Shown: piece by piece, positions 1 to 7,871 of the stretch
Position numbering within the stretch: position 1 is the stretch's first letter
How the letters are laid out: every line of letters begins with the position of its first letter
Source of the DNA: Candidatus Kaiserbacteria bacterium RIFCSPLOWO2_01_FULL_50_24
GTDB lineage: Bacteria; Patescibacteriota; Minisyncoccia; Phycocordibacterales; UBA2100
DNA length: 64,000 nucleotides
Assembly (NCBI GenBank): GCA_001783335.1
Contig: MFLU01000010.1
Span: 30,122 to 94,121 of the forward strand
Direction of reading: 5' to 3'
The notes under the pieces: generated by a model
What the model was told of the DNA's origin: nothing
Databases searched by the model: none
What the model saw: only the letters and a program-made list of their open reading frames with translations
Program-made: the position numbers and the translations under genes

Positions 1-551
1 AGAAATTTATAACGCAAGCGACGGAGTATGAGGGATACTTGTATCCAGATACTTATTTTTTCCTTCCCAATGTAGATGAGGCGGTGGTGATACGCACTAT
101 GCAGCAGAATTTTGATGCTCAAACCGCGACAATCGCGAGCGAAGTGGAGGCGTTCGGCGAGCCATTTTCAGACATTGTCATTATGGCGTCACTTTTGGAG
201 CGAGAGGCGAATAACACCGAGGATAGAAGAAAAATAGCGGGTGTGCTGTGGAATCGCGTGGAGCGCGACATGCCGCTTCAGGTAGACGCGGTGTTTCTCT
301 ACACGCTCGGCAGGACCACGTTTGAGCTCACCACAGAGGATCTCGCATCCGATTCTCCGTACAACACCTATCGGTATAAAGGATTTCCGCCGACGCCGAT
401 AGGAAGCCCGTCGCTTGATTCGCTCCGCGCGGCGGTAATGCCTGAAAATCACGATTATTTGTTTTATCTCGCCGACCGAAACCATGTGACGTATTACTCA
501 CGCACGTATGAGGAGCATTTGCGGAAGAAAGCGATGTACCTGGGAAGTTAA
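1..551 (+). CDS. mltG: Endolytic murein transglycosylase MltG/YceG, C-terminal part (the 5' end lies outside the window)
   Basis: The frame is open from the window edge. The translation (EGYLYPDTYFF ... GVLWNRV ... YNTYRYKGFPPTPIGSPSLDSLRAA) carries the YceG/MltG family signature. Confidence 0.8.
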   Translation, partial: KFITQATEYEGYLYPDTYFFLPNVDEAVVIRTMQQNFDAQTATIASEVEAFGEPFSDIVIMASLLEREANNTEDRRKIAGVLWNRVERDMPLQVDAVFLYTLGRTTFELTTEDLASDSPYNTYRYKGFPPTPIGSPSLDSLRAAVMPENHDYLFYLADRNHVTYYSRTYEEHLRKKAMYLGS

Positions 552-587
552 TGTAAAAATAAAATATCACGAAGAAATCCACACAGT

Positions 588-766
588 TTAAATCCAAATT
601 TCAAAGTTCAAATGTCAAATAAAATCCAAAACTTAAATATCAAATACAACCCGCGTCGCAAAGAGTGGGATGCGTTTAGTCATTTGAATTTTGGGCTTTG
701 TTTGACCTTTGGATTTTGACATTTGAAATTACTTTTAATTTCGGGCTTTGAAATTTGGATTTACTT
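588..766. repeat. Family-A MITE-like foldback element (arms built from aaatccaaat / caaagttcaaa / aaaatccaaa units)
   Basis: A second copy at 60979-61122 has a nearly identical 55-nt left arm. The right arm is an imperfect reverse complement of the left. Confidence 0.75.
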
Positions 767-963
767 AAGGATATCCACACCCCCATCTTGCGTCATCGCC
801 AACACTTGGCATATTCTTACTCTTGGTGAGGGTGGAGCACCGGAAGAATGACTCCCACGACCATCAGGCTTCGGCCTTCGGCGTGCGACCCTCCCTTCCA
901 AACATCTGCCCTCACTGCTTCTCTTCGAGCTCGCACCTCGCGGGCTCTTTTGTTTCTAAAAAA

Positions 964-989
964 CATGCCCCACGGATTTCCGTGGGGCA
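964..989 (-). terminator. Intrinsic terminator for the minus-strand repeat-protein gene (perfect palindrome atgccccacggaTTtccgtggggcat followed by a T-run on the minus strand)
   Basis: A 12-bp GC-rich stem is followed by TTTTTTAG on the minus strand, immediately 3' of the stop at 997. Confidence 0.7.
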
Positions 990-996
990 TACATGA

Positions 997-1605
997 CTAT
1001 TCGGCCTCAAGCGTTGAGAAAACGGCGAAGGGTCGAAATACTTTCCCCGGTACTTTTTGAAAAGCGAGACCGACAGAATTTATTGCCTTTTGACCAGCGT
1101 TTTGGTACGCGATGCCGAAACCCTGTGTGGCCTCCGTTCCCGCATTCTGGACCGCGATGCCGCCCATCTGCGTAACATCTGCCTCCGCATTTTGGAACGC
1201 GATGCCGAAACCATGCACGGCATCTTCCCCCGAGTTTTGGTACGCGATGCCGTAAAACTGTACGGCCCTCGTTCCCGCGTTTTGGACCGCGATGCCGAGA
1301 AACTGTCCGGCATTCGTCCCCGCGCTTTGATATCCAGCGTTCACCATAGCGAACGCGTCCCTCTCTGCACTCTGATACACGGAGAATAGCGAGTACACGC
1401 CATTTTCCGAGCGGGCGTTTCCTGCTATCGTCCAGACATTTCCGCCGATATTGAAGGGCATTACCAAGGCGGCGATGACAAGAAGGGCCCAAAGGTCGCG
1501 TTTAGTGGGGTATCTGGACCACGCATTGTCGAGCGACACCCAGAGCAAAAAACAACCAAAGCCCGAAATGACAAACAGGAATATGTTTATTATACCGATT
1601 TCCAT
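997..1605 (-). CDS. Hypothetical membrane-anchored protein with about five tandem 15-aa repeats (GIAxQNAGxxAxQxF)
   Basis: There is an N-terminal TM helix. The repeat region is encoded by a 45-bp tandem DNA repeat (cgcgatgccg recurs every 45 nt, 1090-1330). A dedicated terminator hairpin lies downstream. Other frames are also open across the repeat, so the choice of frame is supported mainly by the TM segment and the terminator. Confidence 0.55.
   Translation of the reverse strand: MEIGIINIFLFVISGFGCFLLWVSLDNAWSRYPTKRDLWALLVIAALVMPFNIGGNVWTIAGNARSENGVYSLFSVYQSAERDAFAMVNAGYQSAGTNAGQFLGIAVQNAGTRAVQFYGIAYQNSGEDAVHGFGIAFQNAEADVTQMGGIAVQNAGTEATQGFGIAYQNAGQKAINSVGLAFQKVPGKVFRPFAVFSTLEAE
1090..1330. 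repeat. 45-bp tandem repeat, about 5 copies, inside the 997..1605 gene
   Basis: The motif ttttgg(a/t)(a/c)cgcgatgccg recurs at 1109, 1154, 1199, 1244 and 1289. Confidence 0.8.
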
Positions 1606-1654
1606 TGCCAGCTCCTCTTTTTTCCACTATACTACTCCTGAAGAGATATATATC

Positions 1655-2755
1655 ATGCCTGCTATGGCAAGTCAAGCCAGCACCGTGTATGTTGGTTTAT
1701 CGGGTGGGGTTGATTCCGCTGTTTCAGCGGCGCTCCTCAAAGAGCGAGGATTTACGGTCGTCGGTGTATTCATAAAAATCTGGCAGCCGGAATTTATTGA
1801 ATGCACATGGGAGCGCGATAGGTTAGACGCAATGCGCGTGGCCGCGCATCTCAACATTCCGTTCCGTGAGATTGACCTCTCGGCAGAGTACAAACGGCAC
1901 GTGATCAATGAAATGATTGCCGGCTACACGCGAGGCGAGACGCCGAACCCCGACACACTTTGCAACGAGCGCATAAAATTCGGTTCGTTTTTCAACTGGG
2001 CGCGCACGGAGGGAGCCGACTTTGTTGCTACGGGTCACTATGCACAGATAATGCAAAAATCAAAAATCAAAAATCAAAATGACAATATAAAATCTAAAAA
2101 TCAACACCGACTCATACGCTCAAAAGACAAAGAAAAAGATCAGTCGTATTTTTTGTACGCGCTGACGCAGGAGAATCTTGCACACATTCTGTTTCCCGTG
2201 GGCGGAATGACGAAGCGCGAGGTGCGTCGCGCGGCGGAGCGTTTGCGCTTGCCGGTTGCAAAAAAGCAGGACAGCCAAGGACTTTGTTTTGTGGGCGATG
2301 TTTCCATGCGCGAATTTTTATCTCGCTATATTGCTATAGAGCGCGGCGATGTGGTTGATCTGGATGGGCGTGTGGTTGGAGAACACGAGGGCGCGGCACT
2401 TTACACGATAGGGCAAAGACACGGATTTTCACATGAGAAACAGACCGCCCTTCCGCACTATGTTGTTAGTGTTGATACTGTCCAAAACATCGTGCGCGTG
2501 TCGCCACGGCGCGAGGACGCAACGGTATCTGCTATCACCGTCGGCGATATCCATTGGATTTCCGGTAGTGACGACACGACTAGAGTAAAAGCGGTACAGA
2601 TACGCTATCGCGAAGTAGCATCGCCGTGCCGCACACTAACGCAAGAAACATGCGTTAGTGTGGAGATCATTGAGCCGCGCGTTGCGGCACCCGGCCAGGC
2701 GGCAGTATTTTTTAACGGTGAGGAATGTCTTGGTGGCGGAATCATCCACACATAA
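1655..2755 (+). CDS. mnmA: tRNA-specific 2-thiouridylase MnmA
   Basis: It has the PP-loop SGGVDS, ATGHY and KDQSYFLY motifs. The internal Met at 1655 (MPAMASQ) was chosen over the upstream start at 1451 of the ORF track. It contains a low-complexity insertion encoded by a heptamer repeat (CAAAAAT)x3 at 2054-2080. Confidence 0.9.
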   Translation: MPAMASQASTVYVGLSGGVDSAVSAALLKERGFTVVGVFIKIWQPEFIECTWERDRLDAMRVAAHLNIPFREIDLSAEYKRHVINEMIAGYTRGETPNPDTLCNERIKFGSFFNWARTEGADFVATGHYAQIMQKSKIKNQNDNIKSKNQHRLIRSKDKEKDQSYFLYALTQENLAHILFPVGGMTKREVRRAAERLRLPVAKKQDSQGLCFVGDVSMREFLSRYIAIERGDVVDLDGRVVGEHEGAALYTIGQRHGFSHEKQTALPHYVVSVDTVQNIVRVSPRREDATVSAITVGDIHWISGSDDTTRVKAVQIRYREVASPCRTLTQETCVSVEIIEPRVAAPGQAAVFFNGEECLGGGIIHT

Positions 2756-2781
2756 CGAGCGCACCGTCTCGTTGTCTCGGA

Positions 2782-3213
2782 ATGGCGCGGTACAATAAAA
2801 GGATGGGCGCCGTTTTACTTCGTCTTCTATGGATGTCGGTCATTTCAAGTGCAATCGCGTATGGCGTTTTTTTGATGGCAGGTAGCGCGATTCAAGCGAA
2901 AGCCGACGCGGAATTAAAGCGCATTGTCGCACGCGACATTATAGACCGCGGCGCACATCACATAAGCGGTATGGTGTTTGTGCCGACCGGTTGCCATGAG
3001 CTCTCTGTGCGCACGGAAGAACGTAACGACAAAGTACAACATATTGCGTTTTCAACGTGGGAAACGCCGTACGTTGAATGCGTTCGCGAGCCAGTACCGC
3101 GCGCGTTCAGTATCGTTGTGTTTGAATCAACGGCCGATGTGGAATTTATTGCGACCGTTGATGGGGAACCGGTTTCGTTTGTGGTCATTCCGGTGTCCGG
3201 AAAAAGAATTTAA
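2782..3213 (+). CDS. Hypothetical protein with an N-terminal TM anchor
   Basis: The ORF has a hydrophobic N-terminus (AVLLRLLWMSVISSAIAYGVFLMAG). Met 2782 was chosen as start so that it does not overlap mnmA. Confidence 0.45.
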   Translation: MARYNKRMGAVLLRLLWMSVISSAIAYGVFLMAGSAIQAKADAELKRIVARDIIDRGAHHISGMVFVPTGCHELSVRTEERNDKVQHIAFSTWETPYVECVREPVPRAFSIVVFESTADVEFIATVDGEPVSFVVIPVSGKRI

Positions 3214-3227
3214 AATTTCATATTGCC

Positions 3228-4061
3228 ATGTCATACATGCTTATCACCAAAGCAGACGGAGAGCAGGAGCCATTTAGCCCCGATAAACTACGCACATCAC
3301 TTCGGCGCGCGGGCGCGTCGAAAGATGCGGAACACAATATCGTGGAGCGTATTACCAATACTCTGCGTCCCCACATAACAACAGGAGACATTTATCGGCA
3401 GGCGTTTGACGAACTACGCCGTGTTGAGGAGAAACCGATTGCGGCTCGGTATTCCATAAAACGGGCGATTTTGGATCTCGGCCCCTCTGGGTTTCCGTTT
3501 GAACAATTTTTTGCAGAGGTGCTTCGCGCACATGGGTGGGTATGTCGCGTGGGAGTTGCTTTAACCGGCCGCTGTGCTCCGCACGAGGTGGATGTTGTTG
3601 CTGAGAAAAATGGAAAGCGCGTCGGCGTTGAGGCGAAATTTCATAACGACGCTGGTGGTAAGACCGACATCAAAGACGCGCTCTATGTGAAAGCCCGTTT
3701 TGACGACCTTCACAGTGCGCCGGAGAACTCTTCGCGAACAGACGAATACTGGCTAGTTACTAATACTCGCTTTACCAGAAACGCCATACGCTACGCGCAG
3801 TGCTCCAATCTGAATCTCATAGGCTGGGATTATCCGCGTTCGCGGAATTTATTGACGCTCATAGAAGAGGCGCACGTACACCCACTCACATGCCTTACCA
3901 CACTTTCAGAAGGCGAGAAAAAACGGCTACTGGATCAGCGAGTGGTACTTTGTAAAAGCGTTCAAACTCCGCATGTGTTGAAAGAACACGGCGTACAGCC
4001 AAATCGCATTCCCGAAGTGCTAGACGAAGCAAGGCGCTTGTGCGGCCCCCACACCTATTGA
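3228..4061 (+). CDS. ATP-cone domain protein fused to a restriction-endonuclease-like PD-(D/E)XK domain
   Basis: The N-terminus (MLITKADGEQEPFSPDKL...) is ATP-cone-like. The central segment FEQFFAEVLRAHGW...VDVVAEKNGKRVGVEAKF fits a D...E-x-K nuclease core of the Mrr/REase fold. Confidence 0.55.
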   Translation: MSYMLITKADGEQEPFSPDKLRTSLRRAGASKDAEHNIVERITNTLRPHITTGDIYRQAFDELRRVEEKPIAARYSIKRAILDLGPSGFPFEQFFAEVLRAHGWVCRVGVALTGRCAPHEVDVVAEKNGKRVGVEAKFHNDAGGKTDIKDALYVKARFDDLHSAPENSSRTDEYWLVTNTRFTRNAIRYAQCSNLNLIGWDYPRSRNLLTLIEEAHVHPLTCLTTLSEGEKKRLLDQRVVLCKSVQTPHVLKEHGVQPNRIPEVLDEARRLCGPHTY

Positions 4062-4183
4062 GGCATCGTGTTTTATTGCCAATCGTGGGTTAACCACTAA
4101 AACTTGTTTCAAAAGCATTGGCGGATATAGAGGTTTGGCGCACGAAAACACAGAGGGCAATTATGCCTCAATAGGTGTGGGGG
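4046..4183. repeat. Perfect 21-bp inverted repeat (cccccacacctattgaggcat / atgcctcaataggtgtggggg) enclosing 96 nt
   Basis: The arms are exact reverse complements at 4046-4066 and 4163-4183. The left arm overlaps the stop of the upstream gene. Confidence 0.85.
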
Positions 4184-4217
4184 CGTGGAACGTGATATAC
4201 TAATGGGGTACCACAAG

Positions 4218-4440
4218 TAAAAACTAAAAATGAAAAATGAAAAACGACCCCGCACCAAAAATCTCACCATTCCTCTTTATGCATTCAAACCACGTTCGCA
4301 GATTTTGGTACGGGGCATGCAATGAAAAATTAAAAGTTAGGCTCAAGGGTGCTCCCGACGGAATGTAACTTTTAACTTTTAACTTTTAACTTTTAACTTT
4401 TAACTGCAATTTTTACCTTTTCATTTTTACTTTTTAATTT
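4218..4440. repeat. Family-B-related AT-rich foldback element containing an (AACTTTT)5 tandem heptamer at 4367-4401
   Basis: The left arm aaaactaaaaatgaaaaatgaaaaacga and right arm ttttaccttttcatttttactttttaattt are inverted copies. The arm motif is shared with the repeats at 16251, 18171 and 18621. Confidence 0.7.
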
Positions 4441-4447
4441 ACATACC

Positions 4448-4918
4448 ATGGGCATTGAACAATTCAACGATCCAATGCTGATCATGTTTGGGAAGCTCTT
4501 GTTGGCCGCGTTTCTTGGCGCGCTTGTAGGAACGGAGCGTGGTGTTGTTGCGCGCCAAGCGGCGGGAACGCGCACATTCGGGCTCGTGTCGCTCGGCGCG
4601 TGTCTCCTTATTCTTACATCCTCGTATGTGGATATTACTTATATGGGATACACGCAGTTTGACCCGACGCGAGTTGCGGCGGCAATCGTGCAGGGAATAG
4701 GATTTATCGGCGCGGGCATCATGATTTTTCGAGGCTCAACGGTGCACGGCATCACTACTGCGGCGGGTCTTTGGGTAGCCGCGGCGCTCGGAATTGCCGT
4801 CGGATTTGGATTGTACGCAATCGCCATTTTTACAACAGTCATTATGCTTATCGTGTTGTTTGGCATGTGGCATGTGGAGCAACACTTTAAAAAGGAGTTT
4901 TCGGAAGTTTCGGAATGA
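4448..4918 (+). CDS. MgtC/SapB family membrane protein
   Basis: The sequence LLLAAFLGALVGTERG...AGTRTFGLVSLGA and its 4-5 TM profile are typical of MgtC-family proteins. Confidence 0.7.
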   Translation: MGIEQFNDPMLIMFGKLLLAAFLGALVGTERGVVARQAAGTRTFGLVSLGACLLILTSSYVDITYMGYTQFDPTRVAAAIVQGIGFIGAGIMIFRGSTVHGITTAAGLWVAAALGIAVGFGLYAIAIFTTVIMLIVLFGMWHVEQHFKKEFSEVSE

Positions 4919-4927
4919 AGTGCTATA

Positions 4928-5743
4928 GTGGTTGGAATGTCGTCTTACTATAAGCCGGATAGAAATCCAAATTGGAATTATGGTGGGGAGCGCTTTCGGC
5001 TCTCGCGCTCGAAAATTAGCCTCTTTTTAGATTGTCCGCGTTGTTTTTATATAGACAACAAGCTCGGCACGGCGCGCCCGCCCGGCTATCCGTTTGCCTT
5101 AAATAGCGCTGTGGACGCGCTTTTCAAAAAAGAATTTGACGCGCACCGTGCGAATGGCACAAGGCATCCTTTGATGGAGCAATATGATGTGGACGCCGTG
5201 CCGTTTGACGACCCGCGCATGGATGGGTGGCGCGATTCTCTCCGCGGCGGTGTGGTTTACAAACACAAATCCGGTTTTACCGTGTGTGGCGGTGTAGATG
5301 ACGTCTGGGTCAAGCCGAACGGCGAACTTATCGTGGTGGATTACAAAGCGACAAGCAAGGATGAGAAAATAGAGGCGCTTGATAAGGCGTGGCACGATGG
5401 CTATAAGCGGCAAATGGAAATATATCAGTGGCTCTTTCGCCAGAATGATTTTAAGGTTTCCGACACCGGCTATTTTGTGTATGCGAATGCATCTAAGGAT
5501 AGAAAAGCATTTGATGGCGTACTTGAATTTGAAGTAACGCTTGTGCCGTACAAGGGCGACGATTCGTGGGTGGAGGGTGCTATCCAAAATATTCATGTGT
5601 GTCTTGAGAGCGAAACGATCCCGACCGCATCGGAGGATTGCGACCATTGCCGATATCGCGAAGCGGCTAGGAAAAAGCTCTTGGCGCATGCAACAAAAGG
5701 CACTGAGAAGAAAAAGGACAAACAGGAAACGTTGGGGTTATGA
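4928..5743 (+). CDS. PD-(D/E)XK nuclease with Cys clusters (Cas4/RecB-nuclease-like, standalone)
   Basis: Motifs LIVVDYKAT and QMEIYQW match RecB-nuclease motifs II and III. N-terminal CPRC and C-terminal CDHC residues are positioned like the Fe-S cysteines of Cas4/AddB. Confidence 0.6.
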   Translation: MVGMSSYYKPDRNPNWNYGGERFRLSRSKISLFLDCPRCFYIDNKLGTARPPGYPFALNSAVDALFKKEFDAHRANGTRHPLMEQYDVDAVPFDDPRMDGWRDSLRGGVVYKHKSGFTVCGGVDDVWVKPNGELIVVDYKATSKDEKIEALDKAWHDGYKRQMEIYQWLFRQNDFKVSDTGYFVYANASKDRKAFDGVLEFEVTLVPYKGDDSWVEGAIQNIHVCLESETIPTASEDCDHCRYREAARKKLLAHATKGTEKKKDKQETLGL

Positions 5744-6016
5744 ACACATTTGTTGAGACAGTGTGTGGCATTGTGAGGAGAATTCCGATAGGGAAAACTA
5801 TGACCTATGGCGAGGTGGCGCGGGCCGCTGGCAAGCCCCGAGCGTGTCGAGGGGTCGGAGCTATTATGCGCGCAAATTACGACCCCGCTATTCCATGCCA
5901 TCGCGTTGTGTGTGTGTGTGGACGGAAACTTAGGCGGCTACAATCGTGGTGGCACAAAACAAAAAAGAATTTTACTTATGCGCGAAAAAATTCAGAGCCC
6001 CAACACAATGAATTGA
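5740..6016 (+). pseudogene. ogt: Methylated-DNA-protein-cysteine methyltransferase (MGMT/Ogt, single-domain form), frameshifted inside a (TG)7 tract
   Basis: Frame 1 gives ...TYGEVARAAGKPRACRGVGAIMRANYDPAIPCHRVV. The rest of the conserved domain (VDGNLGGYNRGGTKQKRILLMREKI) continues in the +1 frame after gttgtgtgtgtgtgtgg at 5906-5919. Confidence 0.6.
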
Positions 6017-6042
6017 CCACCGGAGTAAATATCGACGGTGTC

Positions 6043-6415
6043 ATGGAAAACGAGAACACAATCTACGTAAGTGACTCAAAAAATGGCAAGGGGCTTTTCT
6101 CCGGTCGGTTGATTAAGAGTGGCGAAAAAATCATTGAATTCCACGGGCCAAAAAAGAGGATGCAGGATTTGCCAAATCCATACAGCGCTGTAGATGACCA
6201 CTATGTACAAACGGGATATATTTAAAGGACAAGAAATTACCTGGGATTACTCAACCACAATGGATGAAGACGATTGGGAATTGGATTGTGTATGCGCAAA
6301 CGCGCTATGTCGCGGTAAGGTTCGGGATTTTAAATATCTGCCCAATGAATTGAAATCAAAATATACACACCTCGGTATAGTTCCGGACTATAATTTGAAG
6401 TATGCCCCACTTTAA
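6043..6415 (+). pseudogene. SET-domain protein (putative protein-lysine methyltransferase), interrupted by a frameshift at an (AT)3 run near 6216-6221
   Basis: The N-terminal SET region (GKGLFSGRLIKSGEKIIEFHGP) ends at a stop at 6225. The SET C-terminal and post-SET region (FKGQEITWDY...CVCANALCRGKV) continues in the +1 frame from 6194. No NHSC motif is detectable. Confidence 0.45.
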
Positions 6416-6418
6416 ATT

Positions 6419-7009
6419 ATGTTAAATGCATACACTGAAATGAAAAAAGTTCGCGATGAGGTATTCTCGCTTGACGGCGAATTGGCGGAATATAGAAAAA
6501 AGAATAATTATTTTGCGGTTTTGGGAGAGGGGAGCCACGATGCGAACATTATGTTTATCGGCGAGGCACCTGGTAGAAATGAGGCAAAAACCGGCCGGCC
6601 GTTTTGTGGCGCGGCCGGGCGTATCTTGGACGACCTTCTCCTTTCCATCAACGTGCCGCGCGAGGATGTGTATATTACCAACATTGTGAAAGACAGGCCG
6701 CCGGAAAATCGCGACCCGCTACCGTCTGAAATTGAACTCTATGCGCCGTTTCTAGACCGTCAAATTGATATCATCAAGCCGAAAATACTTGCAACGCTTG
6801 GCAGATTTTCCATGGAATATATCATGCGGAAGTTTGAGCTCGTGTTTGAGCTGGAATCCATCAGCGCGGCCCACGGCAAAATGTACGATGCCTTTGCCTC
6901 GTATGGCGCGATTAAAATCATTCCTCTCTACCACCCCGCCGCCGCCATCTATAATCAGTCTCTCAAAGAAACCCTCAAAAAGGACTTCCAAGAGCTTAAA
7001 ACCCCGTAA
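6419..7009 (+). CDS. Uracil-DNA glycosylase, family 4
   Basis: It carries the GEAPGRNEAKTGRPFCGAAGRILD motif and a C-terminal HPAA segment. Confidence 0.85.
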   Translation: MLNAYTEMKKVRDEVFSLDGELAEYRKKNNYFAVLGEGSHDANIMFIGEAPGRNEAKTGRPFCGAAGRILDDLLLSINVPREDVYITNIVKDRPPENRDPLPSEIELYAPFLDRQIDIIKPKILATLGRFSMEYIMRKFELVFELESISAAHGKMYDAFASYGAIKIIPLYHPAAAIYNQSLKETLKKDFQELKTP

Positions 7010-7766
7010 AACCCTAGAGGCGTCGCCTCTAGGATTTATCAGAACGAACTCTCAGTCTCCGTGTAATAGGTAGCGGCATCACGCAAGACAGATGAAAGTT
7101 TTGGAAGACCGTCTGCCAATATGTTGTATACATTGTCGTCTAATATCGCTCGTTCTACGCGTTCCAATCCGCAGTAGTCCGGCATGCTGGAAAAAGGATA
7201 ATTTAAAAGTTTGTGTTCCAGATTTTTAAAATCAGATACTTTTCCATGTTTCCAATTAGGTTCAAACTTTTCCGCCACATTCAGATGAATATATTGAAGA
7301 ACATGACGTAGGTACGTTTCGTCGTCAACATGCTTGGAACGAAACGGCTTCACAAATATATTGCCGACGCGCGAGCGTTTTTCATTAAAATACATTGCAT
7401 ATCCGGTTCCAAGTTTTTGCATGAATTTGGATATGCCTCTGTCTTCGATCTCTTGCATTAAAATATGGTAGTGGTTTGGCATGAGGGAGTATCCGCCAAT
7501 GGCGACGATATTTTGTTCACGAGGCAGTTGTAAGATATCGTGATGGGGCATATGTTGAAAATTTCCGCGAACAATTGGTTTCGTATCGTTCGACAAGTAC
7601 ATTAGCTCGACGAATCTGTTGCAGTCATCCCCGGTTTCAAAAGTGGTACGTTTGTCAATGCCACGATCAAAGCAGTGATACCACTCGTTGATGGCGAAAG
7701 GAGTGCGTCTATATCCCATACTAACCAACCATAACATAATCCTAGAGGCGTTGCCTCTAGGATTAC
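7008..7766 (-). mobile_element. REP-RAYT-REP unit: an IS200/IS605-like HUH (Y1) transposase gene flanked on both sides by the palindrome cctagaggcg(t/c)(c/t)gcctctagg
   Basis: REP copies lie at 7013-7033 and 7741-7761, a few nt outside the stop (7039) and start (7737) of the transposase ORF. A third copy is at 9657-9677. Confidence 0.65.
7039..7737 (-). CDS. REP-associated tyrosine transposase (RAYT) / IS200-like Y1 transposase
   Basis: The HUH motif LMPNHYHILM and a downstream catalytic-Tyr region (RHVLQYIHLNVAEK) match the Y1_Tnp family. The gene is flanked by REP palindromes. Confidence 0.65.
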   Translation of the reverse strand: MLWLVSMGYRRTPFAINEWYHCFDRGIDKRTTFETGDDCNRFVELMYLSNDTKPIVRGNFQHMPHHDILQLPREQNIVAIGGYSLMPNHYHILMQEIEDRGISKFMQKLGTGYAMYFNEKRSRVGNIFVKPFRSKHVDDETYLRHVLQYIHLNVAEKFEPNWKHGKVSDFKNLEHKLLNYPFSSMPDYCGLERVERAILDDNVYNILADGLPKLSSVLRDAATYYTETESSF

Positions 7767-7871
7767 AGGATTATGCTTTCAACACGCCACACGCGTGGCG
7801 TATTCGGAATCGGGGTTGTATTTTGTGTGTTTTCCTATATAGTGCCGACAGAGAAGAAAGGGAGAAACGAA

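Noticed and set aside
780-960. A conserved housekeeping ncRNA (SRP RNA, tmRNA or RNase P) in the mltG-distal spacer
   Set aside because: None of the signatures I can recall are present (SRP domain IV GGAAG...GNRA context, the tmRNA tag ORF with 3' CCA, RNase P P4 elements). The region is short and GC-rich and may simply be the 3' UTR and terminator of the minus-strand gene.
848-1060. A 70-aa plus-strand ORF in the mltG-downstream spacer
   Set aside because: It overlaps the terminator hairpin and the end of the minus-strand repeat-protein gene, and has no RBS or conservation signal. The spacer more likely holds only the family-A element and regulatory sequence.
1451-1654. The ORF-track start for mnmA at 1451, which would give an extended N-terminus
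   Set aside because: The extension has no MnmA similarity and crosses the divergent promoter region of the 997..1605 gene. The conserved PP-loop begins right after the Met at 1655.
4928-5743. Treating the Cas4-like nuclease as evidence of a CRISPR-Cas locus
   Set aside because: There are no neighbouring cas genes and no array. Standalone Cas4/RecB-family nucleases are common in repair and mobile-element contexts.
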